DNA of 62,137 bases, the filler included, from Piptocephalis cylindrospora (lineage: Eukaryota), in NCBI GenBank assembly GCA_003614145.1. It is 19 parts of 19 records of this genome, joined end to end, with 100 filler letters (N's around TTAATTAATTAA, not from the genome) between each part and the next. Parts side by side here need not be neighbours in the genome. Positions count along the whole stretch, not along the records: positions 36,339 to 39,522 come from KZ988728.1; positions 39,623 to 42,694 come from KZ988729.1; positions 42,795 to 45,973 come from KZ988730.1; positions 46,074 to 49,142 come from KZ988731.1; positions 49,243 to 52,309 come from KZ988732.1; 14 more parts are not named here. One strand, given 5' to 3'. Every line of letters starts with the position of its first letter. Position 1 is the first letter of the stretch. A program made the position numbers and the translations under genes. Below the pieces are notes generated by a model. That model was not told the DNA's origin, made no database searches, and was given only the letters and a program-made list of their open reading frames with translations. This document shows, piece after piece, positions 38,735 to 51,002 of the stretch.

Positions 38735-39199
38735 ATGCATCTCGCCTCCGCCATGACCCTTGTTGCTCTGTCCTCCGTGGCCCTCTTGGACCAGGTGATG
38801 GCTAATCCTCTGTACACACCCTACGGCGGGGGCTTTGGTGGTTACCTTCCCTTCTTTGCGGCCAACAACAATGTGGCGGCCAACCAAAACGCCCTGCTCG
38901 CCAACCAGAACTTTGCCACGGTGAATGCCAACAATTTCGAACAGGACCGTATCCGGAACAACCGTTTCTCGGCCACCACGGCCAATTCCAACGTCGCCGC
39001 CAACCAGGCTAACGCTGCAGCCAACAACAATGTAGTGGCCTTGAAGCGTCGCCAGTTCATCCCCGCCATCACCCCTATCACCACGGGTCCCCTGTGGGGC
39101 GGAGGGATCAACACGTATGGATACACGTCTCCTCTTTATGGAGGGACCAGTTTCGGTACAGCCTATGGAACTTCCTATGGGTCCGGCGCCTACTTTTGA
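38735..39199 (+). CDS. Small secreted Asn/Ala-rich and Gly/Tyr-rich protein with KRR site (154 aa)
   Basis: Hydrophobic N-terminus MHLASAMTLVALSSVALL; AANNNVAANQN repeats; TATAAG about 175 nt upstream; intronless. Confidence 0.8.
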   Translation: MHLASAMTLVALSSVALLDQVMANPLYTPYGGGFGGYLPFFAANNNVAANQNALLANQNFATVNANNFEQDRIRNNRFSATTANSNVAANQANAAANNNVVALKRRQFIPAITPITTGPLWGGGINTYGYTSPLYGGTSFGTAYGTSYGSGAYF

Positions 39200-39391
39200 G
39201 ACGGGAAAGAGCGGGAGAGGGGGGGAGAGTGATCCAATCTTCTCCCATTCCATCACCATGTCCAACGCCCGATAAAAGGCTGATCATTTTCCATATTGAT
39301 TTCTTTGTTTGATGCGATGATGCTTTCGGGGCCAATGGACGAACCATGAGACGATGCATCGTTTGAGTAGAGCGGATTGAAGAAAGGACAA

Positions 39392-39423
<32 letters not shown>

Positions 39424-40961
39424 AGAAAAAAAGAACCCCCCAAAACAAAATGTAATTTTTTCCACCCCCCCACAACCAAAAAATAAAAGGGGGGGGGGGG
39501 GGGGGGGAAGGCGGATGAGGTANNNNNNNNNNNNNNNNNNNNNNNNNNNNNNNNNNNNNNNNNNNNTTAATTAATTAANNNNNNNNNNNNNNNNNNNNNN
39601 NNNNNNNNNNNNNNNNNNNNNNGAACAATTCTTTCTTATCTTCCTTCACACTGCTCACCTCCTCCTCACGCCTCCTGACGGCCTTTGGGTTCTGCTTTTG
39701 CACCTCCTCTTTGTAAGAATGTAATATATTATTAATCATCAAATACCTCTCCCTAATCTCTTTTCTCCTAGAATGCATCCCTCAAAGATTACCATAGATG
39801 GGATTGGATTATCCTTAGTCTTTCTCCCTTTATTCTCAGGTCTTGGATTGTTGCGAAATGCCTCTATGGAAAGACTGGTAGTGTAGCAGAAACATGCCAG
39901 TGTAGCATACCAAGTAGGACCTCCCCATTTTTCGCTGAGCGTGTCGAAATTTGAAAATGCTTTATAGAACCCAGACTGGGAGTGTCAACATATTCCATAT
40001 TCATCCATTTGTAAAGAAAAATATCATTCATCTTGTTGATCTGAGTGCCTTTTTGATAGGTACCGAATAGTCCCTCTATATCCACTTCTCACTCCGGATT
40101 GGGACTTGGCCAATTTCTAGTCCTGGCAATTGAGAGTACATTTGTACTTTTCCTCGACATCACTAGCCTCGTTTATTGGAGTATGCAGCGTCTCTTTCCT
40201 CTCATTCGGATATTGACCCATGAATTCAGATGTATCCTTTCTTATAGGCTAGATGGATAGACTGGTATTGTACGAAAGATGTCGCACCACTCCCTTCCAA
40301 TTTTCCTTCTGTATGGAGGGGTGTGGTAAAGGGATAAATGGCAACAGACTGAATTGCAATTGAGGAAGGCAGCAGAAAATGTGTTTTTCCTCTCTTTCCC
40401 TGAAGTCTTTTTCTTGTCCTTCCTCCCACGTCAGTGTGTGGCCTCGCAACATATCATCTATCTTCTATTTAGAGGGTTTACCACAATATAGTAAATTCAT
40501 TTATTTGATCAACACAACCTCCTATTATTACTAGGTCCTGCTATTGAATTGCGTAATACATGCTTTCATGGAAAAGTAGAGTTTAAGAAACAACACATGT
40601 CGTTGGAAACTCTACACGTTTGTAAGTAGAATCACGCATTTAAGAATGTATAGCATATTAAAACCATGGATTGGCTAAAGATGATGAAAGTGGGCCCAAG
40701 CAAAGAGGACAATAGGCAAAGGAGGCAAGGAAGTATCTTCTAACCACTAGATCAATCCTTGTCATTATACTCTTGAGATGACGACCACGGACGAGGAATA
40801 GGTGGTTCCTTGGTCATGGCCTAGAATCCAAATAGAACCTCTCTTTGAAACTCATCATGAAAGACACGTATTTTACTCATTCGAGCCCTTCCCCCTCCAT
40901 TCTATGGCAGAAAATCCTTCCCTGTAAACCCAAGGCCTCCAGATCTCTTCGCCAATTCAAT

Positions 40962-42619
40962 CTAAAAGGCGTACAGGGCCCGAAGGTCCTCGAGTCGCTT
41001 GGCGACTTGAGCCACGGTCCGGTCTAGGGATTCGGCCATGTTTTCCCGTTCCACTGGTCGAAGGGTGCCAAAGGCTTCACACATTTCCCCATCAATAACG
41101 CCTTTGGCCGGAGTGAAAGCACCTCGCCAAGCCGCCACATCTCGACCACATAGGGCGGGACGAGCCTCGCGGATAAGTACCTCGAGGGCCTGGAGGAAAG
41201 CGCCGTCCTCTTTGGATCCAATGGGGATTAGAACGCCAACCAAGCCAGAGAAGGTGGCATAGACAAGGACATCTCTGCCACCTGGAACCAAGGGCGTTTT
41301 AGTGACGGAGATAACGGGAGCATCACCGAGATGGAACTGGATCATGGGGGACATCAGTGGCCTATCCCGCCCAGCGCCAGTGCCCACGACGGTTGCAGGC
41401 TCGGTATCAACCCTCCCACTCCATGGCCGATCCATGCGAGTGACAAAGACATCACCAAACTTATCACCACCCACGATGGTATCCCAGTCGACGGGAGCAA
41501 TAGCACTGATCCAGCGGGGCGTGGCCTCCTCTGAGACAAGGGCCATACGGCCAGTAGTCCCCTCTGTCCCCTCTACTCCCTGGGTTTCGTAATAGAGGAT
41601 GACGCGAGCCGATCCTTGAAGGTCACCCACGAGAATCCTTCGACCGCCGGGACTGGAGAGACGAACGACACCGGCCGGGGCAGCAGATCGAGACTCGCAC
41701 TTTCGGAGGAGTTTCTTCCTACCCAAAGCATAGACTCGAAGTGCTTGGCCCGCTCCAACCACCACGCGACCGTGGAAGGGGAGAAGGGCCACTGGACGGA
41801 CGCCGATGCCGATGTTAGTACGATGAAGTAGCTCCAGACTGGATGCCCCATTCACCAGACGGTAGACAAGGAGGAAGCCCGAGGGCTTCTTCTCCCCATC
41901 GGAATCCTGGCCATCAGTGACGGTGCCTACAACCAGGAGATCATCGGACCAGCCTCCTTCCTCCCCCTCCCCGACCTCCCGAAGGGCGCCTCCCCCTGCT
42001 GCTTCTAGGTCAAAGCGCATGAGCGTGATGGAAAGGGCTCCTTCCCCTTGAGGAAGGTCGGTGAGGTGAACGGTCCTATCCACCTCAATTTCCTCTTCTT
42101 CCTCTTCCTCTTCTTCTTCTTCCTTTTCTTCTTCGGTAACATGGGTGCCGTGGGCTTTAGAGCCGCCCTTGCCGAGATCTACATCACGTCGAGGCTCGAT
42201 AATACGAATGCCCGAGGTCATCCTTCCCCCAAGGCCCTCCTGATCCATCTCCACAACAATGACTCTACCTTGGCCAGGCCCAGAGGGTAGGACAACAGAA
42301 GCTCTAGGGGTACGGGTCAAGGGAGACCTCAAAGTCTCGTGGACCCTACCACCCAATCCCTCAATGGTTAGGATACGCAGGGTCCTACCGGAGATGCCTA
42401 CAAGTCCTTCGGGACATTGCTCGGACTCAAAATTAGCACCACCCTCCAAGATCTGGGCGGAGGGGGAGGGGAGGGCCAAAGGGGATAATTGAACCCCACC
42501 ATCACCGCTGCCTTTGACACCTGAATAGGAGAGCCAAGGACGTGAGGAAAGGGCCATGATACCCTGGGAGCCTTCCAATTGAATGGGAACCAGTTCTACA
42601 GGCTTTCCTCCCAGGAATC
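40962..42619 (-). CDS. RSE1: Splicing factor SF3B3/Rse1, C-terminal part
   Basis: ALSSRPWL, FESEQCPEGLVGI, YALGRKKLLRKCE, GGDKFG, PAKGVIDGEMCEAF, KRLEDLR. Confidence 0.93.
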
Positions 42620-42884
42620 TACATTGTTGAGACGGTTGATTAGCAATGGATGAATCAAAGGAGAGTGAGATAAGAACCTTTTAAAAAAATACTANNNNNN
42701 NNNNNNNNNNNNNNNNNNNNNNNNNNNNNNNNNNNNNNTTAATTAATTAANNNNNNNNNNNNNNNNNNNNNNNNNNNNNNNNNNNNNNNNNNNNCCCATT
42801 TCTATAAAGATCATCCTCTGTCCTGATACCTACTAGACCACTGACCCATCCGCTCCCTTTCATCCCTCTCTCCTAACACTACAG

Positions 42885-43283
42885 ATGCAAGAGGCGGTTA
42901 GTGCTGGTTCTCCTCCCCCTCCCCCACCACCACCACCACCACCACCACCTCCTCCTCCTCCTGGTCCATCCGATACGCCCACCCCTCCCCTGCCCTTGGG
43001 AGACGGTGGAGGCAGGCAAGATCTCCTTGCCAGTATCCGAAACACCCAGGGCATATCTTCACTCAAGAAGGTGGACTCATCCGAGATACGAGGGCCTGCC
43101 GAGGTTCCTGGCTCCACACGTGATGGTGGGGATGGTGGTGCCGCTGCTGGCGGCGGTGGAAGCGGTGGAGATGGAGGCGGGGATCTAGCCTCTAATCTCG
43201 CCGCTGCCCTCATGATGCGCAAACAAGCATTGAACGGTGATTCGGACAACGATGAAGACGAGGATGATGAAGATTGGGATTGA
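42885..43283 (+). CDS. C-terminal exon of a WASP/Las17-family nucleation-promoting factor (polyproline, WH2, C, A)
   Basis: PPPP tract, GRQDLLASIR...LKKV (WH2), LAAALMMRK (central), acidic tail ending DWD. Confidence 0.88.
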   Translation: MQEAVSAGSPPPPPPPPPPPPPPPPPGPSDTPTPPLPLGDGGGRQDLLASIRNTQGISSLKKVDSSEIRGPAEVPGSTRDGGDGGAAAGGGGSGGDGGGDLASNLAAALMMRKQALNGDSDNDEDEDDEDWD

Positions 43284-43843
43284 TTTTGATTCGAGAGAGG
43301 TGTGATAGAAGAAGTCTTTCGAGGCCCTACTTGAAATATCTCTCCGTGTGCTCCTTGCCTCCTATATCTTTTTTTACCACTCTTAGCCCGCGATTGTTCC
43401 ATAGAGAAGCTACAAAGCCAGACCGTTATAGAAGGCGTGTTGGCCCAAGGCTGAGCGTGCATGCTTACACAAGGCCGAAGGACCACTTCATAATGCAATA
43501 TTTTTCCTCTATTCCAAATGAAATCATCCCTCAAGCAGAGCCTTGATGGCATGGGTGGTACACCTCAGCCTCAAGCGAGCACCCCACACTTGCTCCCACA
43601 GTTGCAGCCACAGCCACATCTGCCGAGTAGTAGTAGTAGTAAATAAGCGAAATGTATTGGGGAATCTGCCTCTGCACACATTTGCCCCAAATATCTACAC
43701 TTTTTCAATCACAATCTCCCCCCAAGCCTATCTGCCTGCCATAAAAAGTCCCTTTTTACCCCCCATCCTTCCGATTAGCTCTGACCCATTCACATATCGC
43801 GTTCGACATCCTCCCTTTCACTCCCCCCTTCCACCCATCCCAC

Positions 43844-44497
43844 ATGATGATGAACAGAGTCGCCCGGACGGGGATCGCGCGATCCTTTCACACCACCATA
43901 AGGTCCTCGGCATCACGAAGGGTAAATCCCCCTCACATTGTCACGGGCCATTCGGCTCAGGACCCAAAGACTACCTCCCCCTTCCTCAGCGCTCTGATGG
44001 ATACGAAGAAGGCCAGAGAGGCCAAGCTTGGAACGGCCTTCCAGCACCGCATATCCCCTAGGGCGGCCACTATTATCAATGAAACCCTCCCCGCTTACCT
44101 CGGCACCAGCTCCCTGTCCAGCGGAATAGAGGACATTGACCTCAACTATCAGATGGAGAATGCCCAGCGCATCCTTGGTCTCCAGACTGCCAATGCCCAA
44201 GGCATCAAGCACTACAACATCTCTCTGGCCATCAGCATGCTCGGCCGGTCCGAGGCCGACACGGGAAGTCCTGAGGTCCAGGCTGCGATCTGGACCATCC
44301 GTATCCGCGACCTTGAACGTCATTTCCAGTCCCATCACAAGGACCGCCACAACCGTCGTTCCTACCGTAAGCTCATCCACAAACGGGCACGCATCCTCAA
44401 GTACCTCAAGTCTCAGGACTTTGCCAAGTATCACCAAACTCTCAAGGCTCTTGGTCTGAAGCCTGATGATGTGGAGAATGAGATTGTCGTCAAATAG
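43844..44497 (+). CDS. Mitochondrial ribosomal protein uS15m
   Basis: Arg-rich presequence; DTGSPEVQAAIWTIRIRDLERH...HKDRHNRR...HKRARILKYLK. Confidence 0.92.
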   Translation: MMMNRVARTGIARSFHTTIRSSASRRVNPPHIVTGHSAQDPKTTSPFLSALMDTKKAREAKLGTAFQHRISPRAATIINETLPAYLGTSSLSSGIEDIDLNYQMENAQRILGLQTANAQGIKHYNISLAISMLGRSEADTGSPEVQAAIWTIRIRDLERHFQSHHKDRHNRRSYRKLIHKRARILKYLKSQDFAKYHQTLKALGLKPDDVENEIVVK

Positions 44498-44710
44498 ATT
44501 GCCCTGCCCTGCCTTTTTCTGGAAAGCCGGCCAATATGTGTGCGTAGTAGATGGAAGAAACTAAGAGCCAGCTTAATCTCTCGAGGAGAAAGGGTAGTTT
44601 AAGACAAAGAAAATATGAATAGATTGGAAACAGAACGGATGTATTGCATTCGGGTCTTGGAGGACCGCGATCATTTCCCATAGGGCAAAAAGTATTCTAC
44701 TTTAGTTAGT

Positions 44711-45325
44711 TTAATACTCCATCCAAAAAGCACTAAGGTGACTGCACTTCACCTCGGTAAACGAGTAGGTAGCATTGTAGGGACTAGCGGGGGCAATGCA
44801 CGTATTTCCATCGAGCATGGCACTGGCAAAGGTCCAGCCCTTCAAGAGGCCAATGCGCCTGGAACGAATGTACCATTGCTGGTTAGGAGGGTTCCAGGCA
44901 GGGTCAGAAACACATGGGACATTTCCGATCCAAAGACCTCGTGCAGCATTGGCCGGCTTCCGGGTCAAACAAGAAGCCTCAGACTCGGGCATGACCACGT
45001 ACACGCCCGTTTCTTGAGTAGGATCGGGTGAATTCTTCTTGTCAAGGATGAAATTCACAGCATTATTCTTGGCCTTCCACCAGGGAGCCAAGAAAGTCTG
45101 GAAATTATTAGGGATGGAGGAATTGGTGAAGGTCACGCCCTTGGTTATAGAATAGAGGTGGACGGTTCCAGATTTCTTGCCAAACAGGGTCGTTGTGGTC
45201 TTGGCCATGACCGGGGGCTTGGGGAAGGTCTCAACGGTATCTTGGGCAGGGGAAACCTCGGCCAGAGCCAAGGAGGACCCAAGAAGACACCCAAGGGCAA
45301 GTAGGGATGTGTAGGCAAAGCGCAT
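44711..45325 (-). CDS. Secreted protein with ricin-B/beta-trefoil lectin-like motifs
   Basis: Signal peptide MRFAYTSLLALGCLLGSSLALA; CLT...PC....NQQW; CIAP...KC; TATA-like site upstream. Confidence 0.6.
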   Translation of the reverse strand: MRFAYTSLLALGCLLGSSLALAEVSPAQDTVETFPKPPVMAKTTTTLFGKKSGTVHLYSITKGVTFTNSSIPNNFQTFLAPWWKAKNNAVNFILDKKNSPDPTQETGVYVVMPESEASCLTRKPANAARGLWIGNVPCVSDPAWNPPNQQWYIRSRRIGLLKGWTFASAMLDGNTCIAPASPYNATYSFTEVKCSHLSAFWMEY

Positions 45326-46096
45326 GATGTAAGTGGGTAACTGGGGAACGAAATAGGATGAAGATGTACGATACTTAATAGAAATGAGGAATAGTCGAGA
45401 TTAGATGGGATAGAATGGAATGGAATGGGATCAATGATCGTAGGGTAGGATGAGAAAAGGGCTTGGAGGCGCAGAATATTTATATCTTTGAATCGACGAT
45501 CCCCCAGCCATCTAGAATGGAAGGAGTGAGGGATGTCTGAGCTAGCGTCAACCCACCTTGGTCTGGATGGACCCGTTACTTTGGCTGAGCAGCTGGGAAG
45601 ATGGATGTCATGTTAGAGTAGATACCTCTGAAGCCTAGGCTATAGAACACAATACTATGGTCTCACTGACCTACCGGATCGCAGCTAGGGGATGGAGACT
45701 TATTAGACGAGAAAAAAAGGGCATGGGAAAAGGTCGGCGTAAAGATACACAAGTGTATCACCAATGCGAGGATCATACCTCCCATCTCCCCTTCTCCTTA
45801 CACATTTGATCACTCGTAGGAGCTGGGCACCATTCACGATCATCGGTCATGGGATCGAAGTCAGGTCGCGGCGGCGGCATGATTTCCCGCACCTCACTAG
45901 TGTATTTAGCTGTGATTTCGTCCAACCCCTAGACACTGCGAGATCTCCGCCCGCTCAGTCATGCAGGCCAGGANNNNNNNNNNNNNNNNNNNNNNNNNNN
46001 NNNNNNNNNNNNNNNNNTTAATTAATTAANNNNNNNNNNNNNNNNNNNNNNNNNNNNNNNNNNNNNNNNNNNNTCCCTTCACCACCCATATCGCAG

Positions 46097-46256
46097 AATG
46101 TCCGGGAATCGCGAGATGGAGAAGCAACAGAACCTCAAGGAGGTCCAGCGCAGTATCGAACTCATTTCCTCCCCGGCTCTTCGGAAAAAGGTCACTGCCC
46201 AAAAGATCAAGGCCTCCCTGCAGAGACAGAAGCAGAAGATGGAAGTGGATGGATAG
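46097..46256 (+). CDS. RLP24: Last exon of ribosome biogenesis protein Rlp24
   Basis: After a CAG acceptor: MSGNREMEKQQNLKEVQRSIELISSP...KMEVDG*, resembling the RSL24D1 C-terminus. Confidence 0.6.
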
Positions 46257-46518
46257 AGAGGAAGAAGAGCTTGGTCCATGGTATCATGATGCACCTCATG
46301 AAGGCGCGATGCTGGACCCAAACGAGATGGAACACGGAATGCGTCGGGGATGGGAGGGTGATGGGTCCATGGTGTGGAGACCCTTTTTTGTCTGGTTTTT
46401 CCTTGATCTCTTCGGCAATACAGTAGCGATCCATTTTTGTAGCATCCCGAGTCCATACTTACCTCTCCTCTCCCTGATCACCATATCTACTGCTGGATAC
46501 TCTGTTAGAAGTATATAT

Positions 46519-47653
46519 CTACGGGGAGGAGGAAGTGATGGGCTCCATGTATGTCGAGTAGAGCTCTTCATCCCGAATGTCCCGGGTAGCGATGAGGAGG
46601 ACGAGGGGAAGTCCAGTCCTCGGAGAGCGAATGGTCAGTTGACCCTTGGAAAAATCACCCTCCTTGACCCCACTGGATCGGATATTAGGAAGGAGATGAC
46701 GAGATGCGAGGGGGACAGAAGGATGAAGAGAGTACTCATAATAGGTGACTGGGAGGTGTGTAATGAAGGGTCAGGCGTATTCTCCTGTGTGACCAATCAA
46801 TCTTACCATTGGCCTCATTTGGACTGGTAGCGTTGTTGACGAGCTGACCCACTGCCAGAGGATTTCTTGTAGGTAAAAGGTAGTTTGAATGGGCGTTAGG
46901 AGAAAATAGACCGAGTCACCGCTAGACACGCTCTATTTGTCTTCATTGGAGTGCATACCGAAGTACATTGGTTGAGGAATCCCCTATGTCCTTAGAAGGA
47001 TCATGTCTAGCTAGGTCCATCCAAGTGGTATCGGCTAGGGCGTAAGGGCCAATACGATCCCGTCGAACAATGGATCGATAATTCCATCCAGAGATGCCTG
47101 ATGAGGAGTGACATGAACCAAGAAGTATATAGCATGAGAGACAATAATTCCATTCAAGTGACCTACCCGTGGCTTTACCATCAATGACGGTACCGTCGGT
47201 CATGCGTAGGGCATACCGATTTCCCAAGGATGGGAGTAGCTTGGGCTCCCATGGATCCAGAATCAGACCTGGATAAAAAGCTACCAAGGACCCTTGCTCC
47301 ACATGACCGTTGAGGAACACCCCTCTTCCTACACGATAGGGAAGTGGTGAGAGGGGTTTGGAGGGCTAAAGATCATTACTCTATCCAAGTCGTCCCAACA
47401 CACCTGCTTGAGGGATACGGGAAGTTCGGACGACAAGGTTGAAGCCGAGGAGGGTGGAGATGGAGCAGGACCCTCTAGGCTGAGCCTGCTTGGTCAGGTG
47501 AGAAAGTAGGGCAAGAAGCGTACTGTCTAGGTGAGCAGGACATGGCGTGATGGGGGAGGAATTTTTCGACTTTTGGGGAGTTCTAGAGGAAAGAAGAAGT
47601 CGAAGGAGCTGGTAAGGATACAGACGATGAAGGTATTCCTTGATGAGGCCCAT
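46519..47653 (-). CDS. SET-domain protein, SETD9-like; multi-exon
   Basis: SRIPQAG, GVFLNG...VAFYPG, GNRY..R.TDGTVIDGK, RDRIGPY, NPLAVGQLVNN, LIATRDI..EELYSTY. Confidence 0.8.
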
Positions 47654-48690
47654 CTGTTCAGAAAAAGTGCAAGATGGAGGAGATGGAGGGTAGGATATGG
47701 GAGCGGTTTAAGGGATGAGGGTGGCCTTTGCGATGTGTTCTAGATGTGAGGGCGATTTGTAAGATGTGTCAATATTTGCCATTGCCCGGATTCCTGCTCA
47801 ATGACAGGTTGTTTGGATTTGATCTCACGATCGGAGGGCTTTGAAGGGTGTTTCACGAATGATCGGATCTTAAAAATATTGGGATCGGCTCTTTTGATAC
47901 GATGGAAATAAAGGATGCCCATCAAAGGAATTTGGGAAAAAGGAGGGATGGTTTGAATCTTTTCTAAAAGCCAACTCTACAGCGCAGTGTCGCCATCATT
48001 ACTTTATTCCCAATGCTCATCTTTTGTACATTTGGGCTTTACATCCTGATGTCAAGCCATAAAGATTCTAAGAATTCTGGAAGATCAAAAAGACTAACAG
48101 AGGTCACGAGTTACATACTATGACCGTAGAATAGATCCCAGATGTTTGGATGTATGCCATAATGAATGAGTTTCTTAGTCTATTGGAAGATACATCCCAT
48201 CCCATGGGAATGGCTCTACAATAGCAGCGACACTAGAGTATTGGAAGATAGATGTATTGAGAAGAGGAAAAAAGTAAAGAAAAGAAGTCTATGATACGGA
48301 CGGGAAAACGCTCGTAGGAGGGAAAAGGGCTGAGCGAGAGGTGGATTCAAGCACCCATCGACTCCAACTGATCACGTTGCCGTGGTGCCTGATCCCCTCT
48401 CCATCAGTCATAGGAGGTGATAGTTTGGATTTGAGAGGGGGAGGAGGAAAATTGGACCTATGAGTCGATGGAACGAAAGGGTAGGGATGTAGAGAGAACG
48501 AAGAGGAAAAGAATAGGAGATGAGCACCCATGAAGAAGATTCAGAGGGAGAAGAGAATGGACTAGTGGCTACGACACGAAAAGGATAGGAAATGGTGAGC
48601 TAGGGGGTAAGAGGGGAGGGGGGGAGGGGGGGGGGGAAGGAGAAAAGGAAAAGTAGAAAGCCAAGGACACTGGAAAGGATAGGAGAGGAC

Positions 48691-49112
48691 TCATGGAGAA
48701 GGAGTTCCGTGAAAATCGTAGGGCTTTGACCTGCGTACGCCGGTGAGAGCAGGACTCCGGGAAGGGCTCCGAAGGAGCATGATGGCCTCTGCAGCGTCCA
48801 TCTTGGAGGTGGCCTGGGGGGGAGTGCTTCGTGGTCTCTCCTCATGGAAGCGGATGGGGCCACATGGTGGGGTAGTAGCATTGAGTGGGGGGAGGAGGGA
48901 GGAGGAGGGAGAGGGATGGACCTGGGAGGTAGAGAGAATGGTGGAGGGACCAGTGAAGGAATGGGTTCTTAGACGGGGAGTGTGCTTCCCGGACCTCTTC
49001 TCCCTTTCCAGGGCCAAGCGGGCCTCTGCTTCCTCCAAGGGAAGATCGGTCCATCCACGGGAGGACTTGAAGGCTGCAAACTTCAATCTGGCCCTTAGTG
49101 CTTGGGCAGCCT
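48691..49112 (-). CDS. Whi5/Nrm1-like cell-cycle repressor, 3' exon
   Basis: ALRARLKFAAFKSSRGWTDLPLEEAE (Whi5-type motif); many SP/TP sites. Confidence 0.7.
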
Positions 49113-49242
49113 ATATGGTAGTGGGAGGAGGAATGAGAAGGGNNNNNNNNNNNNNNNNNNNNNNNNNNNNNNNNNNNNNNNNNNNNTTAATTAATTAANN
49201 NNNNNNNNNNNNNNNNNNNNNNNNNNNNNNNNNNNNNNNNNN

Positions 49243-49994
49243 GTTTTAAGGCGGACTTGCCACACTGGAAGAACATTTTCGGAGGAGGTACGTATATAAG
49301 CCTGTTGCACCTTGGGGGCCTCTAGGGCGTAAGGAACACCGGCAATAACGTACTCTTGCGAAGAAGGATGAGGGCCAGCCGAGGAGGAGGAGATAGTGCG
49401 TTCGTGAAGTGTTGAGATATTGAGTGGTCTATTCAAATGATGACCGAGGGCTTGGATGGCCAGGGTGGGAGTGGAGGAGGAGGAGGAGGATGCCGAGGAG
49501 GACCATCGGTGGGAGGGAGGGATATGTGGGATTACGCCTTGACCTGAGACGGTACCTTTACCCCTTGGAGCACTGGCTTGGGAGGGGGCATGGAGGGAGG
49601 AGCCATAGCTAAGGACGACGTAGTCCGGGGTTAAGTTGATATTGACATTGGCGTTGATGATGTCCAAGTTATCGAGGATTTGACGAAAGTGTAGATGAAT
49701 GACTCCAGTGTGATTAGAGATGGTGTGGTCGGTGAGGCGTAGAGAGGTAGGAGGGACATGGAGGGTGTCCTGGATGAACCGGAGAGCTTCCTCGATGGGG
49801 GAAGACTGATTGGGACGAGTGGTGTCATTGAGAGGATGGGCTCCTTGGGCGGTGACGGGGTGGGCGGGAGAGCTTGGAGGGGATGTGGTGTAGATGCGGT
49901 CGCGTAGATCGGGGCCAAACGAGGAGACCTGGATGGAGGAGGCCACGGTGAGCGGGAAGATGAGGGATAGAATAAGGGGGTAGTAGAGGGGCAT
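49243..49994 (-). CDS. Fungalysin (M36) metalloprotease N-terminus with signal peptide and FTP propeptide, 3'-truncated
   Basis: HTISNHTGVIHLHFRQILDNLDIINANVNINL....VLSYGSS; AYI.....PVWQV. Confidence 0.9.
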
Positions 49995-51002
49995 GGTGGT
50001 GAGAAGACTGGGAGGTGGGCAGGGAGACTTGAGGTGTGAGGGGGCGTTGGTGGAGGGCAATGGACAATGGATGAGGGATGGATCATGAACAGAGAAGGTG
50101 GAGAGAGGGTGAAGAGTGGACGAGTGGATGAGGGAAAGAGGGGATGAGAGGTGGGAGGGGCATTGACCCAGGTATTTATAGATGTGGGAATGGGGGGACG
50201 AGACCAAGTCCCGTGGTATTGTCTTCTAGGGCCTTGGGGGATGCGTCCCGGCAATTCAATGTCTCCGCGCTGGCTTTGCAGGGAGGTGGACAGGGAGAAG
50301 ACCTGATGATCGAATAGACCGGACCACGGATCCTCCGCTCCTCCTCCGACCTAGGGCATTGATCCAGTGAAGGGAGCCACACGAACTGGGTGGGGAGAAG
50401 CGCGACGCGTTCACGCGCATCATCGAGGGCTTTGTCCTTGTGTGTGTATGTGTGTGTGTGTGTGTGTGTCCAGGCGGGGAAGAATCATGGAGCGGCCTTG
50501 TTTCATCACATGCCCTTTTAAGGGGACCCTCGGACCTGGTACCCTTTGTCACATGCTCATTCCTCGAATGGCGGGGGGTGTTTGATGAGCCAAGATCCTT
50601 TCCATTCTCCATCTTGAATTGAGCCTGGACAGGTCCATTGCACGTCTAGATTTTATAGAAGCGGTGCTCAGAAAATGTATCCAAATATGTGTGCATGTGT
50701 ATTATGGTTGCTATTCATCCATTTGACATAGGTGTCAGAGCACCGGACGCGACTCACCAGTTATTCAGCCGAGAAGATACACGGTGCTAGAGTCAGGGGC
50801 CCCGACGCGTGCTCTATGCAACCAAGGAATGAATTATATAGATTTTAATCCAGACAGGTGGTCCAGGTCAGTAGGAGTATCCCAAGTACTTCGTGGTTAA
50901 AATAAACAACCCTAATGGCCATGTTGATGGGGGTAGTCGGAGCTTGAATTAGGCTCGGCGTTCCTCTCTTTCTTCCTTACTACTCTACTCTTCTTCCTAG
51001 CC

